A stretch of 64,000 nucleotides of DNA from an uncultured Bacilli bacterium (GTDB lineage: Bacteria; Bacillota_I; Bacilli_A; RF39; UBA660), in the NCBI GenBank assembly GCA_944358305.1, contig CALVQK010000009.1, positions 393 to 64,392 on the forward strand. Reading direction: 5' to 3'. The stretch's first letter is position 1, and every line of letters starts with the position of its first letter. Position numbers and translations under genes: made by a program. Positions 1-10,512 of the stretch are shown here, in pieces. Below the pieces are notes generated by a model. It ran no database searches, was not told the DNA's origin, and saw nothing but the letters and a program-made list of their open reading frames with translations.

Positions 1-31
1 TACTACCTTTATGTGTTTTTAATTTAGGCAT
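1..31 (-). CDS. rpmI: 50S ribosomal protein L35, N-terminal 10 codons only (gene runs off window start)
   Basis: Reverse complement of 1..31 reads ATG CCT AAA TTA AAA ACA CAT AAA GGT AGT = MPKLKTHKGS, the canonical L35 N-terminus. It lies directly downstream of infC (conserved infC-rpmI-rplT order). A GGAGG-like RBS precedes it. Confidence 0.4.
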   Translation of the reverse strand, partial: MPKLKTHKGS

Positions 32-45
32 TATAATTCCTCCTT

Positions 46-591
46 CTACTTATCTTTCTTTGGTACTAAAAACATTGTCATAGTACGACCATCTAACTTT
101 GGATGTTGATCAATTGTTGCATAATCTAGAGTCCTATTAGCAAATTTTTCTAATACTTCTTTACCTAATTCAGTATGAGCCATTTGACGTCCTTTAAATC
201 TGATTGTAAGTTTAATCTTATCACCTTTTTGTAAATATTTAATAACATTTTTAAGTTTAGTCTCAAAGTCTCCAACATCTATAACTGGAGATAATCTAAA
301 CTCTTTTAACTCTGCTTGATTAGCTCTTTGCTTCTTAAGAGCTTCTTTTTCTTTCTTCTGTCTTTCATAACGGTATTTATTATAATCCATTACTTTACAA
401 ACAGGTGGCGTTCCATTAGGGTTCATTAAAACTAAATCTAAATTAGCATATTTTGCTAAAGTCCTAGCATCTTCAATAGATTTAATTCCTACTTGCTCTC
501 CATTAGGACCAATAACTAATACTTCACTAGCTTTAATTTGCTCGTTAATTAATTGACTCTTATTATCTTTTGCTATAATTAACACCTCCAT
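46..591 (-). CDS. infC: translation initiation factor IF-3
   Basis: 181-aa ORF with an IF-3 N- and C-domain pattern (…EVLVIGPNGEQVGIKSIEDA…LDLVLMNP…RLSPVIDVGDFETK…). The true start may be an upstream non-ATG codon, as is usual for infC. Confidence 0.9.
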   Translation of the reverse strand: MEVLIIAKDNKSQLINEQIKASEVLVIGPNGEQVGIKSIEDARTLAKYANLDLVLMNPNGTPPVCKVMDYNKYRYERQKKEKEALKKQRANQAELKEFRLSPVIDVGDFETKLKNVIKYLQKGDKIKLTIRFKGRQMAHTELGKEVLEKFANRTLDYATIDQHPKLDGRTMTMFLVPKKDK

Positions 592-772
592 AAATTAAGA
601 AAAGTGAGTATATTAATATACCCACTAAAAAACCAGAATAATATTAAATTATTTATATTAAGTCTTGGCTTTTTACCTATTGACTCTAGTCAATCAGGTG
701 GTGGTGAATATTAATAAATAGACCCATCTCTTTCCTTTTCCTCATATATTTTATGATAAAAATTAATAAATG

Positions 773-1603
773 TCAACTTTTTTTACCACTTTTTGTTATT
801 TTTGTTCTTGCTTTTCCCTTTTTCTTTTTAGTAAACTCTGCCAAATTATTTTTAATAGCATCACAAATTGCATCTACTTCTTCATTAACTTTATCAACAA
901 TACATTTAGCATCAATCTTACTATTAGGATTAAAGTTTGCCGCCTCTACACTACATTCATCTGAAAACTGAGCATAAATAGGTTGATTATTTTTATAAAT
1001 TATATCTAAATCACGTTTATTACATCCACATAAACTAAACAAATCATTACTATTAAACCTATATTTTGATAAAGGATAAACTTGTCTATACTTCTCTAAT
1101 ATTAAAGAAGCATCATCTCTTCTTCTATAGCTTTTAAAAGAAGATCCACAAGCGGTATCCTTTAAATCAATAGAAACTTCTCTAACAAAAACATCCTTTT
1201 CTCTAAATAAGTCATCTCGTGAATCTCCACTAATTAATAATTGTTCAAAAGCTTTAGCATCTGACTTAACCACCATATTAACAAGAGGAGTCTCATCATA
1301 TGAAGAAAAAATTGAAAGTTGATTAACTTTCTCCTCTTTACTATTAACTTCTCTTTTTTTATAAGCAACTTGGGTTTCTAACTTAATTAACCCATTATCA
1401 TAAATAGTTTCAACTCCAATCACTTTACCTAAACGATAAAGATTTTTTATCATATCAAGTGAAAAACCAGAACCCTTAACCATCTTTAACATCTCTATTA
1501 ATTCCACTTCATCTTTAACAATTCTTGAAAAAACTATATTACTACCAATATTTTCAGCTATACAGTCCTTAAACTTCTCATAAGCATTTATTGCCACAAC
1601 CAA
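773..1603 (-). CDS. hypothetical protein with a basic C-terminal tail (possibly YtxC-like)
   Basis: 276-aa ORF and the only long frame here. It is transcribed just upstream of infC. The family could not be assigned confidently from sequence. Confidence 0.3.
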   Translation of the reverse strand: MVVAINAYEKFKDCIAENIGSNIVFSRIVKDEVELIEMLKMVKGSGFSLDMIKNLYRLGKVIGVETIYDNGLIKLETQVAYKKREVNSKEEKVNQLSIFSSYDETPLVNMVVKSDAKAFEQLLISGDSRDDLFREKDVFVREVSIDLKDTACGSSFKSYRRRDDASLILEKYRQVYPLSKYRFNSNDLFSLCGCNKRDLDIIYKNNQPIYAQFSDECSVEAANFNPNSKIDAKCIVDKVNEEVDAICDAIKNNLAEFTKKKKGKARTKITKSGKKS

Positions 1604-1610
1604 AACCTCC

Positions 1611-2339
1611 CTATTTATTAAAGCTCTTATTTTCCTTTCTTTCTTTAACTTTGCTAGCTTTCTCTATAAAATACTCAAATATCTTCTTAGAATTTATATC
1701 ATCACCAATAATTATCTCTGGATGCCATTGCACCCCTAAACAGAAATCATAATTTTTAAGTTCAACCGCTTCAATAACTCCATCAGAACTTTTCGCTGTA
1801 ACATTACATTCTTTAGTATAATCTACACATCTTAAGTGATGAGAATTAACCATTATCTCTTCTTTGCCTAATATCTTATATAAAATACTATTTTTATCTA
1901 TCATAATAGTATGAGCTTGTTCTTTATAATCTTCTTTATAATGTAACTCTTTATTAGAAACATCTAAAAGTTTAAAGTTATCTATTTTATAATTAGCAAT
2001 CAACTGCATTCCTAAGCAAACTCCAAATATAGGAATATTTCTTTTCAAACATTCTTCAAAAACATAATAATCATATTTAGTAATTTTATCTCCCCCAGGA
2101 ATAAATAAGCCATCTAACTGTTCTATCTGATATAAAATAATTTCTTTTTCTCTACCTGTTAAATCAGGAAAATCTGCATGCTTTGTAAAAAAGTAATCTA
2201 TATCCTGTGGTGGAGTTAAAAGAAAAGGAACACCCCCAGTTTTTACAATCGCTCTTCTTGTACTTTCCATACAACACTGTATTGGTGCTCCTTTTGTACT
2301 AACATCACTTCTTGTTAAAATACCAATAATAGGCCCCAT
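1611..2339 (-). CDS. class I glutamine amidotransferase-like protein, gamma-glutamyl hydrolase / peptidase C26 family
   Basis: GxCxG nucleophile motif (FGVCLGMQ) and a VQWHPE His motif. It overlaps glyQS by 1 nt. Confidence 0.7.
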   Translation of the reverse strand: MGPIIGILTRSDVSTKGAPIQCCMESTRRAIVKTGGVPFLLTPPQDIDYFFTKHADFPDLTGREKEIILYQIEQLDGLFIPGGDKITKYDYYVFEECLKRNIPIFGVCLGMQLIANYKIDNFKLLDVSNKELHYKEDYKEQAHTIMIDKNSILYKILGKEEIMVNSHHLRCVDYTKECNVTAKSSDGVIEAVELKNYDFCLGVQWHPEIIIGDDINSKKIFEYFIEKASKVKERKENKSFNK

Positions 2340-3712
2340 TAAAATTTAATCCTCTCTTCAATATAAGGAATAACTTCATCTAACTTCAAAGTTACCTGTT
2401 CCATTGTATCTCTATCTCTTAAAGTAACCATATTATTTTCTAAGGTATTATCATCAACAGTTAAACAGAAAGGTGTACCAATTGCATCTTGCCTTCTATA
2501 TCTTTTACCAATAGAACCAGCTTCATCATAACTAACTGAAAACTCTTTAGATAACATTTTATATATTTCCAAAGCTTTCTCATTATGTTTTTTCTTAATT
2601 AAAGGTAATATTGTAACTTTATAAGCTGCTAAAAATGGATGTATTTTTAATACTTCTCTGTCACTGCCATCTTCCAAATTTTCTTTTTTATAAGCATCGC
2701 AAATAATACTAAGTAAAAGTCTATCAACGCCTACACTAGGCTCAATAACATAAGGAATATATTTCTCATTAGTAACAGGATCTAAATATTCCAAAGCTTC
2801 TCCTGATACTTTCTCATGACTAGATAAATCATAATCTGTACGACTAGCAATCCCCCATAATTCCCCAAATCCAAATGGGAATTTATATTCAATATCTGTA
2901 GTAGCATTACTATAATGACTTAACTCTTCTTTTTTATGATCTCTAAGTCTTAAATTATCTTTATCAATACCTAAACTTAATAAAAAGTTATAACAATACT
3001 CTTTATAGTGTTTATGCCAATCTAACTCAGTCCCTGGTTTACAGAAAAATTCAAGCTCCATTTGTTCAAATTCTCTTGTTCTAAAAATAAAATTACCAGG
3101 AGTTATTTCATTTCTAAAACTCTTACCAATTTGGCCAATACCAAAAGGTATCTTAAGTCTCATACTTCTTTGTACATTCAAAAAATCAACAAATATACCT
3201 TGAGCAGTCTCAGGCCTTAAATAAATCGTACTCTTACTATCTTCTGTAACTCCTTGAAAAGTCTTAAACATTAAGTTAAACTCTCTAATATCAGTATAAT
3301 CCATAGCTCCACAGTTAGGACAAACTATATTATGTTCTTTAATATAATTCATTAACTCTTCATGATTCATACCACCAGCATCTTCTACCCCATCTTCTTC
3401 TACTAATTTATCGGCACGATGACGAGTTTTACATTTTTTACAATCAATTAAAGGATCAGAAAAAGTACTTAAATGTCCACTTGCTTCCCATACTTTAGGA
3501 TTCATTAAAATTGCTGAATCAAGTCCAACATTATTAATATCTTCCTGAATAAATTTCTTTAACCAAGCATTTTTTACATTATTCTTAATTAACATTCCAA
3601 CAGGACCATAATCCCAAGTATTAGCAAGACCACCATATATTTCACTTCCTTGGAATATTATTCCATACTGTTTACAATAATTAACCAAATCTTCCATCTT
3701 AATATTTTCCAT
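2339..3712 (-). CDS. glyQS: glycine--tRNA ligase (homodimeric GlyQS type)
   Basis: 457 aa. The N-terminus [34 protein letters not shown] and class II aaRS motifs match GlyQS. Confidence 0.9.
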   Translation of the reverse strand: MENIKMEDLVNYCKQYGIIFQGSEIYGGLANTWDYGPVGMLIKNNVKNAWLKKFIQEDINNVGLDSAILMNPKVWEASGHLSTFSDPLIDCKKCKTRHRADKLVEEDGVEDAGGMNHEELMNYIKEHNIVCPNCGAMDYTDIREFNLMFKTFQGVTEDSKSTIYLRPETAQGIFVDFLNVQRSMRLKIPFGIGQIGKSFRNEITPGNFIFRTREFEQMELEFFCKPGTELDWHKHYKEYCYNFLLSLGIDKDNLRLRDHKKEELSHYSNATTDIEYKFPFGFGELWGIASRTDYDLSSHEKVSGEALEYLDPVTNEKYIPYVIEPSVGVDRLLLSIICDAYKKENLEDGSDREVLKIHPFLAAYKVTILPLIKKKHNEKALEIYKMLSKEFSVSYDEAGSIGKRYRRQDAIGTPFCLTVDDNTLENNMVTLRDRDTMEQVTLKLDEVIPYIEERIKF

Positions 3713-4281
3713 TATATTGCCTTTCCTCCTGTCTTAGCCATTTTTCTAGCAAACTTCTCTTCTGCTTCTTGCAAAAATACTGCTAAATCATTAATATTAC
3801 GAGCTACTTTAAAATATAAACTATAACTATCATCGATAAGTCCTGCTTTCTTTCTATTTTCTAAATCAGCTAATATTTCTTTAAAATTACCATTTTCATT
3901 ATAAACAATTAAAGGTTTTTCATCTTTAGTTTCTATTTTATTATTTAAAAAAGCCATAAATTCAGATAAAGTTCCCGTCCCACCAGTCAAAACCAATATT
4001 GCATCACTTTTTTCATAAATCTTAGCTGTTCTTTCAAAAGTAGAGTTTACTGGTATTTTTTCATCAGCATGACTTCTAACAAGTTCAAAAGGATTACCAA
4101 CCACTATAAGCTTTCTTTTATTTGCCCTAACAATTTCTTTAACTTGTCCCATAGAACCAGACTCTCCTGAACCCATAACTATATTATAAGGTCGTCTTGT
4201 CACAAGTTCTGCTATAGTATTATTATCATTAAGCGTATCTATAGTTCCAGAATAACTTCCACACATAATTCCTACATTCAT
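3712..4281 (-). CDS. LOG family protein (cytokinin riboside 5'-monophosphate phosphoribohydrolase-like, TIGR00730 type)
   Basis: GGxGTxxE motif ([11 protein letters not shown]) and a PGGxGT-like core. It overlaps glyQS by 1 nt, implying translational coupling. Confidence 0.75.
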   Translation of the reverse strand: MNVGIMCGSYSGTIDTLNDNNTIAELVTRRPYNIVMGSGESGSMGQVKEIVRANKRKLIVVGNPFELVRSHADEKIPVNSTFERTAKIYEKSDAILVLTGGTGTLSEFMAFLNNKIETKDEKPLIVYNENGNFKEILADLENRKKAGLIDDSYSLYFKVARNINDLAVFLQEAEEKFARKMAKTGGKAI

Positions 4282-4317
4282 TTAATTCACCTCTGTTCAT
4301 ATTTCATATTATATATA

Positions 4318-5277
4318 CTATAATTCTAAAAGTCTAGGTAAAAATATTGATATACCAATTATTACTGAAAATATCGCTGCCACTAGTACAGCACCCGCTG
4401 CCGCATCTTTAGCAACCTTAGCCTTAGGCTTCTTTTCTTCTGTTACAAGATCAACGACATTTTCCAAAGCTGTATTCATAAGTTCAAGTGATAAGACTAA
4501 TGCGAAAAGAACAAAACAAACACCCCATTCTACAAAAGTAATTTCAAAAACAATACCCGCAATTATTACAAGAATCATAACAAGAAAATGAATAACCATA
4601 TTTCTTTCATGTTTTAAAGTATAAAGTATTCCATTAAATCCATAAGATAAAGTTTTAAGTAAAGGTTTCTCTTTTTCTTTAGGCTTAAGAGTTTTTTCAA
4701 AAAAGTATATTAATATCAATAGAATTATAAGGCCTAAAATAACCCCACCTATAACATCAGTTACATAATGAACATTAAGTATTAATCTACTTAAACAAAT
4801 CAAAACTATCAAAGTTGTAAGTAAAGATGTACCTATCACTTTATATTCTTCCTTACATTTACTTCTTCTAAGCAAATATATTAAAAAGCCATAATAAGTT
4901 GTAGCAATCAAACTATGACCACTAGGAAAACTATAACTAGATAAAAGCTCACTACCTATTAAAGGTCTTTCTCTTAAAAATATATTTTTAGAAACAATAA
5001 TAATACCTGCACTAATTAAGGTATTAATTATAACAAACAATCTCTGATGATTAGTATTAAGTAAAAATATTAAAAGCATTGTAATAATAATTATCGCCTG
5101 ACTAGAAGCAAATGATGTAACTATATTAGAAACCGTCATTAAAAACTCACTTTGATTATGAGAAAGGAAATTATATACATTATTATCTATTACTAAAGTT
5201 ACATCTAATAAAACCCCTAAAGTTAAAATAACAAATAAACTTATAAGAATTATTAATCTTTTTTTCATAAACATCAC
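4318..5277 (-). CDS. fusion membrane protein: PAP2 phosphatase domain plus C-terminal DgkA-type (diacylglycerol/undecaprenol kinase) domain
   Basis: PAP2 motifs KxxxxxxRP (KNIFLRERP), PSGH (FPSGHS) and SRxxxxxHxxxD (SRLILNVHYVTD) are present. The C-terminal 120 aa resembles prokaryotic DgkA (…ELMNTALENVVDLVTEE…AKDAAAGAVLVA…). Confidence 0.65.
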   Translation of the reverse strand: MMFMKKRLIILISLFVILTLGVLLDVTLVIDNNVYNFLSHNQSEFLMTVSNIVTSFASSQAIIIITMLLIFLLNTNHQRLFVIINTLISAGIIIVSKNIFLRERPLIGSELLSSYSFPSGHSLIATTYYGFLIYLLRRSKCKEEYKVIGTSLLTTLIVLICLSRLILNVHYVTDVIGGVILGLIILLILIYFFEKTLKPKEKEKPLLKTLSYGFNGILYTLKHERNMVIHFLVMILVIIAGIVFEITFVEWGVCFVLFALVLSLELMNTALENVVDLVTEEKKPKAKVAKDAAAGAVLVAAIFSVIIGISIFLPRLLEL

Positions 5278-5281
5278 TACC

Positions 5282-6028
5282 TTATTTTAATTTTAACACA
5301 TTCTTTAACATTTTCTTACTATTTAAATAAATTCCTGTATACCTATCATAATAATCCTCTAAAAATTTATTTATTTCTTCATTTACTTTAGGATTAACAT
5401 CTATTTTCGTAATTTTCTCAAGATCAACATAATAATACATTTGTAAAAGTTTAATTGCTTTATCGCTATAATATCCTTCATTTTGATAGCAATCTTTACA
5501 AATAAATCCACCTGCGGTTGGACTTAAACTAACTATATTGGTAGTTTTTCCACAAACAGCACACCCCGTAACAATCGGACTAACCCCTAAAAAATCTAAA
5601 TATTTAAGTTCAAGAATATTAGTAATAACTGCAGGATTAAGCCCATCTTCTATCTTATCTAAAGCTGCGATTATTAAAGTTAGTATATCTTTATCTTTAG
5701 ATTGTTTAACTACTTGTCTTGTAAGATCCAAAAGGTATGATGCATACACAACATTTTCTAAATTCATAACTGTTTTTGGATAGTCACTAATTACATCAAT
5801 ACTAATTAAAGTTGATAAAGCATTCTCTTTATAATAAAAATGAAAAGTTCCGTATACTAACTTTCTAGAACTACCTCTAAGCTTACTTTTTAAATTACGA
5901 CATCCCTTAGAGATAATTCCAATAAGACCATATTCGCTAGTCAAAACATTTAAAATTTTACTAGAGTCACTATAATTAGTTTCATTTAAGACCAGTCCCT
6001 TTACATCCACTATCTTCACAAGTATCAC
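5282..6028 (-). CDS. recO: DNA repair protein RecO
   Basis: 248 aa with an OB-fold N-terminus and a C4 zinc motif (CAVCG…CKDC). It sits in the conserved position next to era. Confidence 0.85.
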   Translation of the reverse strand: MILVKIVDVKGLVLNETNYSDSSKILNVLTSEYGLIGIISKGCRNLKSKLRGSSRKLVYGTFHFYYKENALSTLISIDVISDYPKTVMNLENVVYASYLLDLTRQVVKQSKDKDILTLIIAALDKIEDGLNPAVITNILELKYLDFLGVSPIVTGCAVCGKTTNIVSLSPTAGGFICKDCYQNEGYYSDKAIKLLQMYYYVDLEKITKIDVNPKVNEEINKFLEDYYDRYTGIYLNSKKMLKNVLKLK

Positions 6029-6152
6029 TTTCCTTTATAGACTTTGCTAAAAGAAAATATCTAATATCACCAGTCTTTTTAAATAAATTCCATAGTTTTT
6101 CATAATTATTCATATTATCACCTATTAATATAATGATTAATAAGTAATTTTT

Positions 6153-7043
6153 TTATTCATCTTTACTATCAATTCCAAGTTCTATTAAATACTTTTCTTT
6201 ATCACGCCAATTCTCAATTACTTTAACATGTGTTTCCAAAAACACTTTTTTTCCTAAGAAATCTTCCATATCATTACGAGCAAGGATGCCTATACGTTTT
6301 AACATATTACCATTCTTACCAATAATAATTTTCTTTAAACTCATCTTATCTACAACAATTAAAACTTGTATATGAACAAGATCATCATATTCTTCGAAAT
6401 TTTCCACATAACAAGTAACACTATGAGGAATCTCTTGTTTTGTTAACATCATTATTTTCTCTCTAACAAATTCCCCCATAATAAACTTAATAGAAACATT
6501 GGTAAGCTCATCATTTGCAAATATGACTTCATCAAGCGGTAAATACTTCTTCAATGTTTTAATTAAATCGTCTATTGCTTTCTTCTTTAAAGCAGATATA
6601 GGAATAATCTCATCAAAGCCATATAGTTCTTTCGCTTCATCTATTGTTTTAATTAATTTTTCGCTTCCAACTTTATCTATTTTATTTAAAATTAAGAAAA
6701 CTTTAGCTTCTTCATTTTCTTTAATCTTATTTAAAACAAACTTATCTCCTTTACCAATACCACTAGACGCATCTATTAATAAAAGGATGATATCAGCATT
6801 ATCAATATTTTGATAAGCTTTCTTATTTAACACACTACCAAGTTTATTCATAGGTTTATGAATACCAGGAGTATCAATAAAAACAATCTGAGCTTCGTCA
6901 TCTTGATAAATACCTTCTATAATATTTCTTGTAGTACCAGCTTTATCTGTTGTAATAGCAAGTTTCATATTAAGTATTGCATTTAATAGTGTACTCTTAC
7001 CTACATTAGGTCTTCCCATAATTGAAACAACGCCACACTTCAT
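6153..7043 (-). CDS. era: GTPase Era
   Basis: G1 motif GRPNVGKST, G2 threonine (TTRN), DTPG, NKID and a C-terminal KH domain. Confidence 0.9.
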   Translation of the reverse strand: MKCGVVSIMGRPNVGKSTLLNAILNMKLAITTDKAGTTRNIIEGIYQDDEAQIVFIDTPGIHKPMNKLGSVLNKKAYQNIDNADIILLLIDASSGIGKGDKFVLNKIKENEEAKVFLILNKIDKVGSEKLIKTIDEAKELYGFDEIIPISALKKKAIDDLIKTLKKYLPLDEVIFANDELTNVSIKFIMGEFVREKIMMLTKQEIPHSVTCYVENFEEYDDLVHIQVLIVVDKMSLKKIIIGKNGNMLKRIGILARNDMEDFLGKKVFLETHVKVIENWRDKEKYLIELGIDSKDE

Positions 7044-7147
7044 AAATTTACCTCCTTACTTAAATTACAAAATTCCATCTAAACCCAATAAAGTATTACA
7101 TCTTTAAGAAATAATACTCTATATAATTAACTAAGTAACTTCTATAA

Positions 7148-7540
7148 TTAAAACAATTCTATAATGTTAGGTATAAAAATCATTAAGGCAATAATCGCAC
7201 TGGTTAAAGTCAAAACAAACTCCGCTGCTGAAGCTGTATCTTTGGCAACTTTAGCAAGTGGATGAAATTCTTTAGTAACAAGATCAACTGTACTTTCTAT
7301 TGAAGTATTTATAAGCTCAACTACTAAAGTTAACCCAATAATAGCAATTATAATCAACCATTCTGTAGTTGATATATTAAGTAAAAAACTAAGTAATACC
7401 AAAATAACTGTACATACTAAATGTATATACACACTCTGTTCATTTTTATAAGCTGCCTTTAATCCATTCCATGAGTTATTAATACTTGAAATAATTCTTT
7501 TAAATCCAAATTTTTTCTTATTTCTATCTGGTGATGCCAT
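7148..7540 (-). CDS. dgkA: diacylglycerol kinase / undecaprenol kinase DgkA
   Basis: 130-aa three-TM protein with the DgkA signature (…ELINTSIESTVDLVTKEFHPLAKVAKDTASAAEFV…). Confidence 0.8.
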   Translation of the reverse strand: MASPDRNKKKFGFKRIISSINNSWNGLKAAYKNEQSVYIHLVCTVILVLLSFLLNISTTEWLIIIAIIGLTLVVELINTSIESTVDLVTKEFHPLAKVAKDTASAAEFVLTLTSAIIALMIFIPNIIELF

Positions 7541-7985
7541 ATTCCATCAAAACCTCCTCTTGTTTCTTAAACATAACTTCTGCTTCTTCTTCCTTCTCAT
7601 GATCATATCCTAATAAATGATAAATTCCATGTACCGCTAAAAAGCATAATTCTCTTTCCAACGAATGACCATACTCTTTCGCTTGTTCCCTGGCCTTATC
7701 TAAACTAATATAAATATCTCCTAATAATCTAGTTCCATCAGGAATAACCATATTTTTATCATCTTCTAAAGCAAAACTAATAACATCAGTTACCCTATCG
7801 ATACCTCTATATTCTTTATTTAATTTATGAATATAAGAATTATCTACAATTATTATACTACAACTTGCATTTTTTACTCTTTCAATTTCGAAAGCTTTGT
7901 TAACTACTTTTTCTATTATATCATTATATGGGAACTCATCATTAGTTTCATTATATATATTAATATCATTCATTAAACAAAACAC
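7524..7985 (-). CDS. ybeY: rRNA maturation endoribonuclease YbeY
   Basis: HGxxHLLGYDH metal-binding motif (HGIYHLLGYDHEKEEE). Confidence 0.9.
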   Translation of the reverse strand: MFCLMNDINIYNETNDEFPYNDIIEKVVNKAFEIERVKNASCSIIIVDNSYIHKLNKEYRGIDRVTDVISFALEDDKNMVIPDGTRLLGDIYISLDKAREQAKEYGHSLERELCFLAVHGIYHLLGYDHEKEEEAEVMFKKQEEVLMEYGITR

Positions 7986-8026
7986 GCCCTTTCAATGCCC
8001 ATATTGTATCATAAAAAAAGAAGTTT

Positions 8027-8626
8027 TTAAAGTAATGTTATTAATCCCACTAAAAGCATAATAGACACTAAATTTAAAAACCACTCTCTTTGTAATACCC
8101 TAGGACACATATCACCTATTTTTAAAATCAAAATATATAAATAATGGCCCAAAACTCCTCCTACAATATTTAATAAAATATCATCTATATCAAAGACTCT
8201 ACCTATCATTAACTGTGTAGATTCTATTGTTAAAGATGTAATAACAGTTAAAATAAAAATAGGCAAAAATCTCTTTTCCTTTAAAAAATAGCTAGTAAAA
8301 AAACCATATGGTAAAAACATAATGATATTACCAAGTACATTTTTTAAAAATAATCTACTTCCAAAATCATATCTAAACATTTCTCTAAATGGAATTAAAT
8401 TATTACTAGAAATATTATTATTATCTTGAAAAGTAACAACTTGGAATAAACACAATATATAAATAATGAAGGATAAAGCGATAAGCTCTTTATATAAAGA
8501 AAAATCTTTTTTATTTTTAACAATATCTGCAACTCTTAAAGTAATAGCAACTACTACAGAAATAATTATCATAGGTAAACTAAATTCAAAAACATTACCA
8601 ATAGTCCTACTTAAACTTGAAAACAT
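8027..8626 (-). CDS. VanZ-like family membrane protein
   Basis: Multi-TM protein with a VanZ-type NxxxFxPxGF segment (NIIMFLPYGFF). Confidence 0.5.
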   Translation of the reverse strand: MFSSLSRTIGNVFEFSLPMIIISVVVAITLRVADIVKNKKDFSLYKELIALSFIIYILCLFQVVTFQDNNNISSNNLIPFREMFRYDFGSRLFLKNVLGNIIMFLPYGFFTSYFLKEKRFLPIFILTVITSLTIESTQLMIGRVFDIDDILLNIVGGVLGHYLYILILKIGDMCPRVLQREWFLNLVSIMLLVGLITLL

Positions 8627-8647
8627 GCTCTTCCCTCCTTTTCATCT

Positions 8648-9832
8648 TTAACTATAACTATTTTCTTCTTCTATGCGTTGATTTTCTTTTTCAATATCAA
8701 AATCTTTTAATGAGCTATAACTAGTTATATCTTCCTCAACTTTAAAGAAAATCTCTATATCTATTCTATCAGCATTTTCGTCTCTTTTCAAAACCTTTTC
8801 TTCTAATATTGTAATATCATCACCTAATTTTGTTTTTAATTTCTCTATTGCCAACGGTTTGATATTCTTATCATAATTCTCAGCAAAGTTAATATCTGTT
8901 AATTTAACTTCTTCTTTTTTAGTTAAATTAATACTAATAGGAAGAAGAGGATGTTTATATAATATTTTTTTACTATCTTTAGAATAAGCATACTTATCAA
9001 AATCTGTAATACTAATATCATCACTTAAAAAACTAATTTCAAGAACAGTTTTATTATTACCAGTTTTTGCTTCTTCATGATAATTAGCTGGTAAATCAAG
9101 AGATACTTTATACCAAACTTCTGCATACACCTTTCCAATTGCCCTTGTTTTACTAACAATATTACCATTATTCCTAATAAGACCACTAATCAAAACATCC
9201 CCTGCACTAACATAGGCATTCTTTTTAGTAATAACTTCCCCAGACTCGGCAATTATCCTTGTAACAAGACCACTTTTTTTAGCAACTATATTACGAGGCT
9301 CAGTTTCTTTCTCAGTATCATTTCTAACTCTTCTAATTAGTTTAACTTCATAACTTACACCTTTCTCTTCTATTTCAATCCATTCTATTATATCTTTTTC
9401 CTTTTCTAAAATTTTACTCTCTATTTTTTCTTTCTCATTATAACTAACTTTAAAATTATACTTTTTTAAACCAAATTCTTCTAAATCATTTAATATAATC
9501 TCTCTCAATTCACTATCAGTATCTATAACTTTAATAGAAAAAGTTAAATTTGTAAGCAAATTAAAAAAAGCAAAACCAATTAAAGAGATCATTACAAATA
9601 ACTTCCTCATCTTAAAGAAATGAATAAAATTAAGAAGTCCTTTTCTTTTAACAACTTCTATTTTATAAGTAGTATTTATTTTTAAAAGATTAGCATAATC
9701 TTCTTCTAATACTTCCATTATAAGATATTCTCTAGTCCTTTTTAAAATTTTAAAGCCTATATTTAATCTTGCTAATAACATTATAAAAGTATCTAATCTT
9801 TTACCAGTAATTTTAAGTACATAACTACTCAT
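8648..9832 (-). CDS. yqfD: sporulation protein YqfD-like
   Basis: 394 aa with YqfD-like architecture (N-terminal domain, central TM, C-terminal domain), positioned between rpsU/yqfC and ybeY as in Bacilli and Clostridia. Confidence 0.6.
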   Translation of the reverse strand: MSSYVLKITGKRLDTFIMLLARLNIGFKILKRTREYLIMEVLEEDYANLLKINTTYKIEVVKRKGLLNFIHFFKMRKLFVMISLIGFAFFNLLTNLTFSIKVIDTDSELREIILNDLEEFGLKKYNFKVSYNEKEKIESKILEKEKDIIEWIEIEEKGVSYEVKLIRRVRNDTEKETEPRNIVAKKSGLVTRIIAESGEVITKKNAYVSAGDVLISGLIRNNGNIVSKTRAIGKVYAEVWYKVSLDLPANYHEEAKTGNNKTVLEISFLSDDISITDFDKYAYSKDSKKILYKHPLLPISINLTKKEEVKLTDINFAENYDKNIKPLAIEKLKTKLGDDITILEEKVLKRDENADRIDIEIFFKVEEDITSYSSLKDFDIEKENQRIEEENSYS

Positions 9833-10067
9833 ATTTTATCTCCAAATTATCAAGTCTACCTAATATGAGTAACTCTTTATCTGCTAATTTATTAAGAGAA
9901 AATTCTCTACCTTCTAAAGTAAGTTTTTTAGAAGGAGCTTTTATTATTATTTTATTACTACCAAGTGTTAAAATCTTTTCGTAATTAGTTATATAAATCT
10001 TCTTATCATAAATATTAATATGAAATTCCCTTGGATCAAGAAAGTTTCTCAAATAGTTATAAGCCAT
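9825..10067 (-). CDS. yqfC: sporulation protein YqfC-like (YabP family)
   Basis: 80-aa protein overlapping the yqfD start, in the conserved rpsU-yqfC-yqfD order. Confidence 0.55.
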   Translation of the reverse strand: MAYNYLRNFLDPREFHINIYDKKIYITNYEKILTLGSNKIIIKAPSKKLTLEGREFSLNKLADKELLILGRLDNLEIKYE

Positions 10068-10110
10068 AAAACTTCACCTAATAAATAATATGCAAAAAAG
10101 GAAAGAAACA

Positions 10111-10314
10111 TTAGTCTCTTTCCTTTCTTCTTTTACGCTCATTTCTACGTGCATTTTTAATGGCTTCTTTTTTAGCTTTTCTTCTTCTAACTCCTGGTTT
10201 ATCATAAGCATCATGTTTTTTAGCTTCAGAAGGGACACCACTTCTTGCAAGTTTTTGTTTGTACCTTTTAATCGCACCATCTAAATTACCATTTTTAACA
10301 GGTACTTGTGCCAT
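10111..10314 (-). CDS. rpsU: 30S ribosomal protein S21
   Basis: 67-aa highly basic protein (…KNGNLDGAIKRYKQKLARSGV…RRRKAKKEAIKNARR…). Confidence 0.85.
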   Translation of the reverse strand: MAQVPVKNGNLDGAIKRYKQKLARSGVPSEAKKHDAYDKPGVRRRKAKKEAIKNARRNERKRRKERD

Positions 10315-10512
10315 ACTACTATCCCTCCCTTCGCTTTTTTTCTACAACTGATTATAACACCTCATACCTTGAAAAGACAACATTTTTTTGACACTTTTTA
10401 CACTTTTAAAGACTTTTTTCTAGTATTATCCCCAAAAATTGTCCAAAATTATAAAAAGAAATAACTAAAAAACAATTAATTAACCCTAGAAATGTTAACT
10501 TAAAAATATTCT

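Noticed and set aside
753-971. Small plus-strand ORFs (753..971, 770..964) and other antisense ORFs in the track (5538..5783, 6499..6813, 8466..8651, 10090..10284, 14760..15053, 15504..15731, 15983..16189, 22369..23485 set, 27523..27747, 28304..28630, 28416..28616, 28785..29216 set, 29793..29993, 39472..39666, 41280..41489, 48060..48894 set, 49744..49932, 53865..54059, 57631..58005, 17845..18030, 19937..20176)
   Set aside because: All lie antisense to, or out of frame within, much longer well-supported genes. They have low-complexity or hydrophobic composition typical of AT-rich antisense frames, and none has a convincing RBS.
10074-10280. 68-aa minus-strand ORF (MVRLKGTNKNLQEV…)
   Set aside because: It overlaps rpsU in another frame. 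rpsU is strongly supported by its S21-like sequence, so this ORF is spurious.
10440-10512. Possible terminator after the second bacteriocin peptide
   Set aside because: Only a weak interrupted hairpin (ttaac…gttaa) with a modest T-run on the minus strand. It is not convincing enough to annotate.
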